Source: Diplonema japonicum
Taxonomy: Eukaryota > Protista > Euglenozoa: Diplonemea
NCBI GenBank assembly: GCA_964019335.1
Contig: OZ025670.1
Coordinates: 62,001 to 126,000, forward strand
Length of the DNA: 64,000 bases
Direction of reading: 5' to 3'
The notes beneath the pieces are model-generated. The model did not search any database. It was not told where the DNA came from and saw only the letters and a list, made by a program, of their open reading frames with translations. Made by a program: the position numbers and the translations under genes. Positions 35,082 through 47,174 of the stretch are shown one piece after another (position 1 is the stretch's first letter; every line of letters starts with the position of its first letter).

Positions 35082-36182
35082 ATGAGTATGCACATGGGCC
35101 GCCCGTTTGAGGGGCTGGCAGAGAGGTTGAAGGGAGACATACCCACAGGGAGACTCTTATCTGGGCTGCGAGCGCAGCAAATGGGAATCGAGGAAGAAAT
35201 GCAGGCGCTGAAGGCAGAGCTTGACTACGCAATGACACCCGTGCCCAGCGTACGGCATGACAGGGCGTTGAGCCCCCCGACTACTGTTCCTCTATCGGCG
35301 CCGATGGCTCAGCCACCATTGGCGGGTGTGCTATCACCTACCCGGATACAGCCGCAACCACAACATCAGCAACAAGAGCAAGTGTATTATATCCCACCTA
35401 TCACAGCGAACACACCACCTCCGCCTCCGCCAGTTGTTTCAGCACCCACACCCGTGCAACCCACATCTGTGGCCACCCCCCACTATAGCGGGTACCTCCG
35501 TGACCGGGTCTGGGAGCCTCCCTCGGAGCCCATTGAATACGATGTGCCACTGACGGCCGCCACCACCACTACGCCATACTACGACGCTACAAGCGGGAGT
35601 CATCGGGGAAGCAACGTGCATGAGGACTACGCCCCTAAGCCCGACGTTGCTCGTCTGGAGCGACGGGAGTCTAACTGGGACAACTCAACGGCAGTCGAGG
35701 CCTTCACACCTAAGAAGAAGAAACTACGTGTTGGTGAGAGGCCGCAGCAGCTGTACGCAGCCACACGCCCTAAGAGCAATGGGTTTTACCGACAAAAGGG
35801 GAGGAAAGTTAAAGTTACTCCGGAGGACGAGGAATATATGCCAGAGAGCCCTGCGCAGACGAGGCGGGGAAGCAGTGTGAGAGTGCCTGGTGGGTATGGG
35901 AAGTACCGCCCTGTTCGGGATAGGTCCCCCGACATGGACCTGGTCACAAGGGCGCCTAAGTACTTCGATGCGAATATGACAAAATCGTTGTTGTCATCAG
36001 GTGGTGTGCTGAGCGACCTGCCTTCAGTGAGCTACTCTTCTGCAAGAGGCAAGGCCTCCACCATCCGGACTCCCCTTCGGGGGGAGCTTTCGCCTGTCGC
36101 AACCCGCAAGGGCGGCTTATGGGCTACCATGCCCTACACAGCAAAGCGGTTGACAAAGGACTACACTGCGTTCGCTCGTTGA
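35082..36182 (+). CDS. Proline-rich hypothetical protein
   Basis: 366-aa ORF with an N-terminal coiled coil, bounded by AT-rich spacers. Confidence 0.65.
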   Translation: MSMHMGRPFEGLAERLKGDIPTGRLLSGLRAQQMGIEEEMQALKAELDYAMTPVPSVRHDRALSPPTTVPLSAPMAQPPLAGVLSPTRIQPQPQHQQQEQVYYIPPITANTPPPPPPVVSAPTPVQPTSVATPHYSGYLRDRVWEPPSEPIEYDVPLTAATTTTPYYDATSGSHRGSNVHEDYAPKPDVARLERRESNWDNSTAVEAFTPKKKKLRVGERPQQLYAATRPKSNGFYRQKGRKVKVTPEDEEYMPESPAQTRRGSSVRVPGGYGKYRPVRDRSPDMDLVTRAPKYFDANMTKSLLSSGGVLSDLPSVSYSSARGKASTIRTPLRGELSPVATRKGGLWATMPYTAKRLTKDYTAFAR

Positions 36183-36530
36183 TTCCTCCTTTGCCCCAAG
36201 ACCATCTCTGCATCCTTTTTTTTGTAATATGAAGGAGACCGAAAGAAATAAGAGAAGAACGAATAGAAGAAGGGGAAAAAAAAAAATGTCACTATGTTTC
36301 TTCTTTTTTTCCCCCCCTCCTTTCCCCACATTATTGTATACTGTTTTTTTTTTTTTTTTTTTTTTTTTTTTCCGCACCCCTCCTTTTTTTTCTCCCCACC
36401 TTTACATTGTTTTGTACCAAGATACCTATATTTATTTTCATTTTGCCTTCCCCCCCCCCCCCCCCCCCCCCTCTATCTTTGACCATACACAAGGAGAGTG
36501 GTTTAAAAGGAACGGGGGAAAAAAAAAAAG

Positions 36531-37031
36531 ATGCCGGTGGTGGCTGATTTCCCAGATGTGGATAAAAAAGATTACCAAGTGCTGTACCCGCAGTATTTGG
36601 ATGCCAATTTGACAACAGGGGAAGGGCGAAGAATGCCTTTGGCGAAATCTTGTGAATGTCCGAGTTCCGTAGAGATGTACCAGGTGTGCATGCAGGTGGG
36701 GGTTCCTGTGATATTTCAGCCTGAGAAAGGGTACGCAAGGCAACCTACTGCACGAAGAGGCCGCATAAAGGTCCTCCTCAAAACCCCCCAAGACCAGCAC
36801 TACATTAAAAAATCTGAATACGACACAGCAACTAGGAGCCTTATCAACAGTCAGTTCCCAACTAAGGTATGGAAAAAAAAAAAAAAAAAAAAAAAAAAAC
36901 AGGTGGCTCTGATGGCAAAAATGGCCGAAATTATCCCCACACTGCCCTCTCGCCAAAAAGCTAAAGAAGAGGCGAGCGGCGGTATAATAACAACTGCAGG
37001 GGATAAGAAGAAGAAAAAGAATAAGAAGTGA
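36531..37031 (+). CDS. SRP19: Signal recognition particle 19 kDa protein
   Basis: VLYPQYLDANLTTGEGRR, KGYAR...RGRIKV, lysine tail; intron 36867-36902. Confidence 0.92.
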   Translation: MPVVADFPDVDKKDYQVLYPQYLDANLTTGEGRRMPLAKSCECPSSVEMYQVCMQVGVPVIFQPEKGYARQPTARRGRIKVLLKTPQDQHYIKKSEYDTATRSLINSQFPTKVWKKKKKKKKKQVALMAKMAEIIPTLPSRQKAKEEASGGIITTAGDKKKKKNKK

Positions 37032-37259
37032 GTGAGGGGAAAACTACATCCGGACTGAGGGAAAAAAAGTAGTGTTTATCCCCCCCCCCCCCCCCCCTCC
37101 CCTTTCAACTACCCCCCTCCCATCGCAGTGTGTGCTTTTCTTTCTTTTTTTTCAATCCTTGGCTTTTTCGTCCTCTTTCCCTCACAATGTTAGTTTTTTT
37201 TTTTTCTTTCTTGCTTTTTTTTTTTTTAAACAATTCCATCAACGCACACCAACAGGGAA

Positions 37260-39040
37260 ATGGAGGCTGCCGAAATTGATGCCATGGTAGGAGAAGACGA
37301 GTGGGGAATGGGCAGTCCTGACAGAGGCCTGCTAGCTGAGATGTACCCTGAAGGAAGTCCTGGTGATGACGAATTCGAAGATTTACAAAGCCCAGGGAGC
37401 GGGAATGGCGTGCAGGAGCTGAGCGCAATTGACAGCCCTCAAGACCATGATGAAGAGCTGGAACTTCAAGATGCTCTTGACCGGGTGCACGCAGGTCCGC
37501 ATGATCTCAGCATTCCTCTTGGATCTGATGTGTACCTGGAAGACCTACATGATGATCACGATGATGTGGGCTCCGACTCGACGGTCCCAGTGGGCGACCG
37601 TCTCTACCTTAAGGGGCAGGAGATGGTCAGAAAGAAGGAGGAGCGTGCGATGAAGGCGCAACATGACCGCGAAGAAGCCGAGCAAACCAAAAACACCGGC
37701 CGTCCCAGCATCTGCAACCACGCTGTGAAGCGGTCCGGCGGGGACCCTGCTCTTTTCTACAAGCTGCAAACCGAGTGGCTGCGGAACAAGAACAGAGTGC
37801 TCGAGAACAAACGGGACAAGGAAAAGAAGGAAGTCGAAACGATGAACCGCGAGCAGCACGCCTCGCACAGGTCGCGAAGGATCCTAGCAGGCAAGCACAA
37901 GGGCCCCATCGAAGGCTGGGGCGAGCGGGAACAACAGTTCCGAGCCGTGCACGCGGAAAGAACAAACGCAGGTTCCTTCATGCCAACAATCAGCCCTGCG
38001 GCGCAGCACTTGAAACGGAAGGGACAAGTCAGCGACAGGCTGTACGGCGTCGCAAAGCAGAAAGCACAGGAAAAAACACAAACTCCGAGAGAGCCCTCCA
38101 AAAAGATCACAAAGGAAGGAATGGATTCCCTGCTGCACAAAATGAAGCTCAGGCAAGAGACGTCAAAGCGGAACATCGAAAGAAAACGCGTGCAGCTGGA
38201 ACAGGAAGAGGGGAAGTTCCAGCCGGAAGTGAACAAGCGCAGCGAGAAGATCCTCTCGCGCCAAGGAGGCCACGTCCCCATCCACATAAGGAGCAAAACA
38301 CAGAAGCAGCTGTCGCAGAGCCCAGAACCCTCGCCGCAGTCTGTCAAGAAGGCGATCGCACCGTTGCAGTATGTGAACAACAACACGTTAACACACACAA
38401 CCACAGGGAGTCGTTCTTCAACAAAATGAAGACCACAAAACAGAAGCATGAAGCGAGGATGCGGAGCCTTCAGGAGAAGCAAGCCTCGGAAATGATGAGG
38501 GAATGCCATTTCAGGCCGGAAACAAATAAAAAATCACACGAATTGGCGTCGAGGAGGGATACAAGAGCAGCAAGCCAAAGCCTGCCTGCCGACTGGGAGG
38601 CAGAGGAGGAGGAGGAACCTGTTTATGTGAGTGGTGGTTACAACGCACAGGAATACATACAAGAACCTTACATTGAGGAAACCCAAGAGAGGTATGAGAG
38701 CACGGAGAGGGAAGGAAGCCCTCCTGCCCGACATGATGAGAACTTCGCACAGTGGGAGGTGGAGTGGGTCTCTCAGCAACGTGACATCGAGGCCATTCTC
38801 AAGCTGTATACTACTTCCGGCAACCAGCACAAGCGGGATGTCTCACCGCAGCACACGCCTGCTACTCCTGCTGTGTCGTACTCTCGTCCTTCGCCTCCAC
38901 GCCAGCCTACCCGTCAGCAGAACACCCCACCTGCCCCTTGCACCACTGACCAGGTCTTGGAGCTCCAGTCTGTGCTTGATGGTTGGCGCCAGCTGGAAGA
39001 CCAGTTCAGCACTAGTTTTGAAAAACTTCGCCTTCGATGA
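37260..39040 (+). CDS. Hypothetical protein with repeated F.P.(I/V/T)(N/S)..S motifs (possibly cytoskeletal)
   Basis: FMPTIS, FQPEVNKRS, FRPETNKKS and DRLY repeats; intron 38369-38406 joins frames. Confidence 0.7.
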
Positions 39041-39686
39041 CACTTTCTCCTTCATTGCCTCCTCTTCGGGATGAAAGAAAATAATATAAAAACGCTTCGG
39101 ATTTCTAATTTGAAGCCCAACCTTTAACTCGGATAATATTCCTATTTGCCGAAGTACTATGCAACATGAAAGCAACTCCAGCCTAAAACTTTTGTGGGAA
39201 CTGCCTCGGAGGGCGTTTTCTCTTTAGTTCTTTGAAAAAAACGTATTCTTGTGAATTTTCTCAGTGGCCTTTGGAGTTTTTTTTTTTAATTTGTGAAACG
39301 CAAAAAAAAAAGAAAAAGGTTCCTTGAGGAAAAATAGTAGCTTCAAATTAGAAATTCGAAGGGTAAATAGATTTGTTAGAAAAAAGAAAGAAGGAATAGC
39401 AATTTGTTTTGTTTAGACCCCCCCAAAAATGCATTGTTAATGAAGCTCACCCCACCCTCACTTTTTTTTTCTCCCTTGCCCCCCTCTCCAACCACAGCTT
39501 TGTACAAAAAGACCCGGCACCGAAGGGCGGCTGCCCTGTTCTTGCTGTATTGTTATTTTCTTTTCTTTTTCGTAATTGAAGGTGGTGTCAACAGCTGCCC
39601 CCCCCCCCCCCCCCCCTTAACGTGTTGCAGCTGGAAACCACTGTAAAGGTATCTGCTAAAAATAAAAAAATAAAAGGGGGACAACC

Positions 39687-40780
39687 ATGTTGCGCCGAAC
39701 AGCATACAGACTGTTCAACGTTGAGGATATCGCGTCCCGGGTGATAAAAGGCGAAAAGCGTGCTGTGGCGAGGGCCATTACTCTGGTGGAGAGCGGGAAC
39801 GAGGCCCACAGGAAGCAGGCAGATGAACTGTTGCAACTCGTGGCACAGAAGAAGCTCGAAATGTCAACAGCGAGTAAGAACAGACTGCCTTCGTTCAGAA
39901 TAGCAGTGTCGGGCCCTCCTGGTGCTGGGAAAAGCTGTTTCATAGAATCTCTTGGGACTGCCCTCACAGAGTCTGGTCAGAAAGTTGCTGTCCTCACCAT
40001 CGACCCGTCTTCGACCATCTCAGGCGGGTCGTTGCTAGGCGACAAGACGAGGATGGACGGCCTTTCGATCAACCCCAATGCCTATGTGCGGCCCTCCCCG
40101 ACGAGGGGCTGCCTGGGCGGTGTCGCAGAAGCAACCTACGATGCCATCCACCTCTGCGAAGGTGCCGGCTTTGACACATGCATCGTGGAGACCGTCGGTG
40201 TCGGGCAGTCAGAAGTCGCTGCTCGCGACATGACCGATTGCTTCATCCTCCTCCTACCTCCTGCGAACGGCGACGAGCTCCAAGGCATCAAGAAAGGCAT
40301 TGTAGAGGTCGCTGATATTGTCTGCATCACAAAGGCGGACGGTTCCACAGAGAGGCTCGCTCAAAACACCCAAATGGAGTACAGAAAAGCCATCCAGGTA
40401 TGCACTGCACATTCAATCAATCACACGGACACGCACAGCTCATTCGCCCGTACGGCCGTATGACAGACTGGAAGACGCCCGTCCTTACGTGCAGCGCTGT
40501 CACGCATGCGGGTGTGAAAGAAGTATGGGAGACGGTGATGAAATTCAAAGAGAAGGAAGAGAGCGCCTTATTGTCGCGCAGAAGAGAACACAGGGTGAAG
40601 AAGATGTGGGATTTTGTTAGGAAAGACATCACCAGGCGCATTGAGTCCGACCCTGCCATCGCTGCGCGTGCGCACTCTGCGACCTTGGAGGTGACAGCGG
40701 GGACAAAAGTTCCACGCCGTGGTGCCAGAGACATCCTCGATGCCTGGCTGGCCGCACAGATAAAAACAAACGCTTCGTAA
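39687..40780 (+). CDS. MMAA: Methylmalonyl-CoA mutase-associated GTPase MMAA/MeaB, mitochondrial
   Basis: ARAITLVES, GPPGAGKS, DPSS..SGGSLLGDKTRM, ETVGVGQSE, GDELQGIKKG; MLRR presequence; intron 40398-40438. Confidence 0.93.
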
Positions 40781-40934
40781 CGGGTTTGGGGACAGTGTCA
40801 TGCCTCAGCGCAGTTGACGGCATCACTTTCGTTTTGGTGGTACACACAGTTGCTTGTTTATTTCTGCTTTCCCTTATTTTTTCTCTCTCTAGCAATGAAT
40901 CCTTGTGTATCACCCTTACAGGAGTCGTGGCAAT

Positions 40935-43900
40935 ATGACCCACGCACCAGATGGCGCTGCCTTGCTATCACGGGGACGCATCAAGAAGGCTCTGGAGTCG
41001 GAGGACTACTACTTGGACGACAACACCACTGTGCAGATTCTACAAGTTAATAATGTGAGCGATAAGTACTACCTGCAAGTAAGTGACGGTGAGTGGTGCA
41101 CCTATTTCGGCGCAGCAAGCAGTGTGGTTGCTGACATCGAGAGCGACAAGGTGAAGATCGGCCAGCTGTGTGTGCTGGAGAGGATCGAACGTGGTGCGCT
41201 GTGCCCCAACATCGCGTCAATCACGCCGATGATGCTCAGGACAGGCAAGATAGGTGATCCCAAGGAATTCAATACTAAGGCTTTTCGAGAGTTTGCTGCG
41301 TCTGTCGATGCACTCGCACATACGCCTAAGAAGAAGAAAAAAAGGGTGACAGCCAGTCCACCTATGACCCCGCGTGACTCACCCCCCGTCAATGTCCAGG
41401 ACCCCGTCACGCCCCCTGTGCAGACACCGCGGTCGATGTCCACCCCAAAGAGCCGAGGCCGGAGCCCTGCGAATAAGAAGTCCATCGCCACCAAGCGTGC
41501 CAGATCGGGCAGCACGGGCGGTCGCAATGCCATTCCCCTCTCGTCGATACCTACCACTGTCTCTGCGCTGCGCAAGCCAGCACGTGCGTCCTCTCTGGGC
41601 ACGAAGGCCCGACTACCTGTTACTCGCAAGAAGTCACCGAACCATCTTGCACCTCCTGACCCTCAGCTCTCCCTCCCCATGCCTCTTCCAGAAGCAGCCC
41701 CGGGTTGCCTCGTCAACCCCGGTAAGTGGAAGCTCCCTTCGTCCAACGAGTCCTGGAACCTCGCCTTCTGCGCCGAATCGGAACGCAGCTCCTCCGGCGA
41801 GACAGAACAGAACTTCACCTCTTCTCAAGCCTCGCTCCAGTCAACCATCAATGTTGCCTCACCAGGGAAGCCGGGTCCGAAGCACAGCCCTATAACTATG
41901 CATTTACCTTCGCAGGATGACCCTGAGTTGGCGAAAGAGCCTGAAGAGACGAAAAAGAAGACTCTTGAAGACTTAAGAAAGGAGCGCCATCAGATGAAAG
42001 AGCAGGAACGGACACAGAAGCTAGACCAGCACCAGCAATTGCTGCAACTGCAGCAGCAGTCCCAGGCCTCGAAACTGAAGGCGATGCAACGAGAGCAGCA
42101 GCAGCAGCAGCAGGAACAAGAAGCGAAGCTGCGCCAGCAACAACGCGAACAGGAGATCCAACTTGCCGAGCGGCAGAAGCAGGTCACAGAACAACAGTTG
42201 CAGAGCGAGCAGAAGATTCGCGAAAAAGAATTGGAACTGCAAGCAAAGCAGAGGCAGCAAGAAGAAGAGCTGGCTGAACAGAGACGTATTGTGGCAGAGC
42301 AGCAGCGTGACCTGGCAACGCAGCAGGAGGAAAAGGAGCGCCTACTTAGACGGGAGAGTGAAGCACAACTCGAGATCCAAAAGAAAGTTGACCTTGGCAA
42401 GAAGGAGTTCGAGATGCTGCAGCAGCAGCGCCTGCAAGAAGAACAACGGCTTGCCGAGCAAGAGCAGGCCATGGTACAGCAACAGCAGGAGCTCAACAAA
42501 CAGCTGCAGGAACAGGAGTATTTGCTGGAAAGCAAACGGCGAGCAAGACAGCAGCAGGAGGATTTCTTAGCGAGACAGAAATCAGAACAAGACGAAACCC
42601 TCAGAAAGCAAGAGCAGAAGCTACAGATCCTACAGCAGGAGAAAGAAGAAGAGCTCACGAGACAGCAAAAGGCACTCATTAGGCAGCAGAAAGAACAAGA
42701 ACAAGAATTGACGGAGCAGAAGGAGCGCCTAAAGCGTGAGCAGCAAGAGCTTGTGGAACAGCAAAGAAGAGAACAAGAGCAGGAACTGCAACAACGACAG
42801 CGGGAACTGGAACGACAACGAGAAAAGCAGGAGCAGGAGTTGGACGAGCAGAGGGAGCGCATGAAACGCGAGCAGCAAACCCTTATCGAAGAACAGAGAC
42901 AAGAGCAGGAGAGGGAGCTGGAGCAGTTAAAAAAAGAACAGGAAGTCAAAATGCTGCAGCAGAAGAATGAACAAGAGATGTTACTTGCAAAACAGAGAGA
43001 ACAGTTATTGGAGGAGAAGCAGCTTAGGATGCAGCAAGAAGAGGAGTTAGCAGGGCAGGAAGAAGTCATCAGGAAAAGAAAAGCACAGCTAAAGGAACAA
43101 CAAGAAGAGTATGAAAGACGGCAGCGCGAGCAAGATGGCGTCGAGGGGAAAATACTCGAGCAAGAAGAGCAGCTGAGACGGCAGGCGAGACAGCAGGAAG
43201 ATGAACAGAAGAAGCTCGAGGAAGAACAGGCACGCCGTGTGGCGGAATTGACGCAACTGCAGGAGAAGCTACTGACAGAACACAAAACCAAGGAAAAGCA
43301 GCTCTTTGAAAAGATACTAAAAGAGGAGGCTGTGGTAGAGGCAGAGCAGCGGCAAGTAATTGTGGACAAGGAACAGTTTGAGGTAGATAAGATACGGGTC
43401 CAACGGGAAGAAGAGCAGATAAAGTCACGGATGGGGACACCCGTGGCAATGCCTTCAATGCCTCCCATGGAAATGAATGAGAAACTGTACAACAGTGTCA
43501 CAAGCGACCCGTGGGGCATCAACCTCACACCCTTCAGCAGCACACTGTCCACACGGCCGAGGAAGCCAAAGTTCCAAGCACAGCTACAACCGAGAAAGAT
43601 GGAATCACCACTTACTGCCTTGAAGCACCCGCCACCACCTTCCGAAGTGGCTAAGTCGCTCTTTGAGGATGAGGTTTGTGTGGAAGTTGAGTGCGTCCCC
43701 AAGCTCGTGCGAGAACGCTCTGAGAAAACGGATGCCACGAAGCATTTCATCGAAAGAGAGAAACATCTTGTGAAGAAGGCTGAACCGAAGAGGTGGGCTA
43801 TGTCAACACTGGACTTCGAAGATATCACAAACAAGGAGCGACACCCGCCGACAGTGGTGAGACAGCTGGGCCCTCCACCTGTCCCGCGCACACCACCTCC

Positions 43901-44734
43901 GTCGATGCATGAAAACGAGAACACCGAAGACGAGTGTGGTTTTAATGTTGCGTGCAGCAAGTCCACTGTGTCGTCTGTCAATGTCAATGTGAATGTGAAT
44001 AAGAATTCATCTCCGTTCAAAGGGATGAGTGATATGGGAGAGGAGGGCCCGCCAGCAGGCGAAGGGCAACAGAGACAACCATGGGGGTGCAGCACGCTAA
44101 GCTTCACGCAGAGCAGGAAAGAATCGCTGGAGGAGCAAATGAGAGCTTTGCAAGAGCAGCTGGAATCGACAAAGAAGCTAGAAACCCACACGCTTAACTT
44201 CCAAGAGGTATGTAAGTACAGCATGCGCAGCATTACCCATCACAGCTTGTGGCGAAGGGCAGACACCGCAACGGACTGCTGATCATAGACACATTCTTCA
44301 ATGAGTACCAAAAGCTGTCCGACGCTCTGAAGCAGAATGCATCGAAGGAGGTGTGGATACAATTTCAAAAAAAAAAAAAGCTTTCTTTTTTTCTTCACTA
44401 TCAGACTGGCTCATCGTATCGCAGACTGATCAGGGAGTGCGAGCTGTGGTTTGGTGAATTCACAAGGGACCTTCTACAAAGGCCTGAGAGGGTTTATAAG
44501 TACTTTATGTCGTTGCGGAAGACTGGTGTGTGGGAACAAAAAAAAAAAAAAAAAAAGAAGAGAATAACTAAAACAGGAGCTGTCCAGGACCCCTCTCACA
44601 TTTTCGTTCTTCTCAAGCGGCTGCAGAAGTGGCTCGCCTCCAAGTCCCCCAAGCACACAGACGAACGTCTCGTCCAGTCTTGCGCGGCATACGTCCAGCA
44701 AAGTTACAATGCAAATTTTGCTGTCCATCCTTAG
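40935..44734 (+). CDS. Large Q/E-rich coiled-coil protein with N-terminal RPA70N-like OB fold
   Basis: VQILQV...YYLQVSDG motif; about 480 aa of coiled coil; introns 44208-44245, 44351-44404 and 44526-44576. Confidence 0.7.
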
Positions 44735-45024
44735 GCACTTTTTTTTTTTTCTTTTTTTCTTTCTGTCACATATTAAGGTTGCACGGTGGCTTTTAAAAAA
44801 AACTTTTTTTTTTCTGATATCTTGTACACTCACTTCCCCACACCATATTTTTTGTATAACCCAACTAGATTTCCCCCCTCCCCGTTCCATTCCCTTCCCA
44901 TGATATATGTACAACTGTGTTATATTTCCCCCTTTTTTTTTTATTCCCCTTCTTTTTTCCACATGTTCTTGAACCAAAAAAAAAACCCCCCCTCAGCTAT
45001 AACAAAAAAAGAAGGGAAAAAAAA

Positions 45025-46269
45025 ATGCCATTCGAAAAGATCAAGGTCGCAGGGTCTGTCGTGGACATCGATGGTGACGAGATGACGAGGATCATCTGGG
45101 CGATGATCAAGGAGAAGTTGATCCTGCCCTTCGTGGACGTGGATATTCAGTACTTCGATCTTGGCATGGAGAACAGGGACGCCACCGACGACCAGGTGAC
45201 CATCGACTGCGCGAACGCCATCAAGAAGTGCAACGTCGGCATCAAGTGCGCGACAATCACCCCCGACGAGGCACGCGTTGAGGAGTTCAAACTCAAGAAG
45301 ATGTGGAGGTCCCCCAACGGCACCATCAGGAACATCCTCGGTGGGACTGTCTTCCGTGAACCCATCGTCTGCAAGAACATCCCTCGTCTGGCTAAGATGT
45401 GGGACACACCCATCACCGTGGCAAGACACGCATTCGGTGACCAGTACAAGGCACAGGACTTCAAGGTTGCGGGCAAGGGCAAGTTCACCCTCACATACAC
45501 ACCCGAGGATGGAAGCGAGAAGAAAGAAGTCGAAGTCTTCAACTTCCCCGAAGGCGGTGGTGTGTTGATGGGAATGTACAACACTACTGAGTCGATCACC
45601 GGCTTCGCTAAGGCCTGCTTCGAGTACGCTATCCTCAAGAAGCAGCCGCTGTACATGTCGACAAAGAACACGATCCTGAAGGCGTACGACGGTCTCTTCA
45701 AGGACATCTTCCAGGAGATGTACGACAAGGAGTACGTTGCCAAATTCAAGGAGCTCGGAACATGGTACGAGCACAGGCTTATCGACGACATGGTTGCCTT
45801 TGCCATCAAATCTGACGGCGGCTACGTGTGGGCGTGCAAGAACTACGACGGTGATGTCCAGAGTGACATTGTTGCTCAGGGGTTCGGGTCGCTCGGTCTT
45901 ATGACATCTGTCCTGATGTGCCCTGACGGTAAGACCATCGAGGCCGAGGCTGCCCACGGAACTGTGACCCGTCACTACCGTGTCCACCAGAAGGGTGGTG
46001 AGACATCTACCAACCCCATTGCTTCCATTTTCGCATGGACCAGGGGTCTTAACCACAGGGGCAAGCTAGACGGTAACAACCGTCTTCAGGAGTTCGCACA
46101 GACCCTTGAGAAGGTTGTGATCGACACTGTTGAGGCTGGTTCCATGACCAAGGACCTTGCCCTGTGCATTCGTGGCAGCATTGACAACGTGAAGAGGGAG
46201 GATTACATGAACACCACCGAGTTCATGAACAAGATCGCGGATGAGCTTACGAAGAAGCTTAGCGCGTGA
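45025..46269 (+). CDS. IDH1: NADP-dependent isocitrate dehydrogenase
   Basis: [46 protein letters not shown]. Confidence 0.97.
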   Translation: MPFEKIKVAGSVVDIDGDEMTRIIWAMIKEKLILPFVDVDIQYFDLGMENRDATDDQVTIDCANAIKKCNVGIKCATITPDEARVEEFKLKKMWRSPNGTIRNILGGTVFREPIVCKNIPRLAKMWDTPITVARHAFGDQYKAQDFKVAGKGKFTLTYTPEDGSEKKEVEVFNFPEGGGVLMGMYNTTESITGFAKACFEYAILKKQPLYMSTKNTILKAYDGLFKDIFQEMYDKEYVAKFKELGTWYEHRLIDDMVAFAIKSDGGYVWACKNYDGDVQSDIVAQGFGSLGLMTSVLMCPDGKTIEAEAAHGTVTRHYRVHQKGGETSTNPIASIFAWTRGLNHRGKLDGNNRLQEFAQTLEKVVIDTVEAGSMTKDLALCIRGSIDNVKREDYMNTTEFMNKIADELTKKLSA

Positions 46270-46979
46270 TTAAAAAAAAAAAAAAAAAAGAAATTATGAA
46301 GAAGAAGCTTCCCCTTCCCTATTTCTCAACCCCCACCGTTCCACTGTTGACTCTGGTGGATTCACGGTGTTCGAAGGGAGGATGTGTGCTTCTTTTGAAT
46401 TTTTTTTTGGGATAAAAAAATATTGGCTTTTGAGCCCCCCCCTCCCTCCTCCCCACCCCCCCTTTTTTTTTGAAAAGTAACTCTCTCACGTCTTTTTTTT
46501 TATTTCCCCGCCTCCTTCTCCTCCCCCCGTTCCACTATATGCGCTCTTCCCCCCTCCTCACTGTTCTTAAAAAAAAAAAAAGAAAACGTCGACCGAATTA
46601 TAAGTTGGTATTTAAAAAAAATGAGGCAGACCGTGTCAAACCATGTTGTTGCGATATCTTCCCTCCCCCCTGTCCTTCCCAGCCCTCATAGAGCCTTGTC
46701 GTACGCAAGAAGAAGAGAAAAAAAAAGAAGAAGAAAAAAAAAAAAAAAAAAAAAAAACACTCTACTCTCTTTCTGGATCTGAAAAGAAAGAAGAAGAGAA
46801 TTGAAAAAAAAAAAAGTGTGCTGACTCCTTGCTTTTTTTTAAGAAAGTTTTTTCTGATAGTGGAAAAAAAAGAATACAAACACCCCCCTTTTTTTTTCTT
46901 TCCTCCTTTTTTTTTCCCCTTTTTTTTCTCCCGTTTTTCTTTTTTCCACACAGCAGGGAAAAGGAAATAAAATGTGGGG

Positions 46980-47027
<48 letters not shown>

Positions 47028-47174
47028 CTCTGTCCCCCCATTCCAATCTCCAGTGGCCGGTTTTTTAAAACACACTACACCCATAATATTTCTTTAAAAA
47101 AAAAATGAAATTGTTATCCAAGACTGCAACACACCAACAGGTTTGTGAATGGAAAAAGAGGGAAGAACAGCTCA

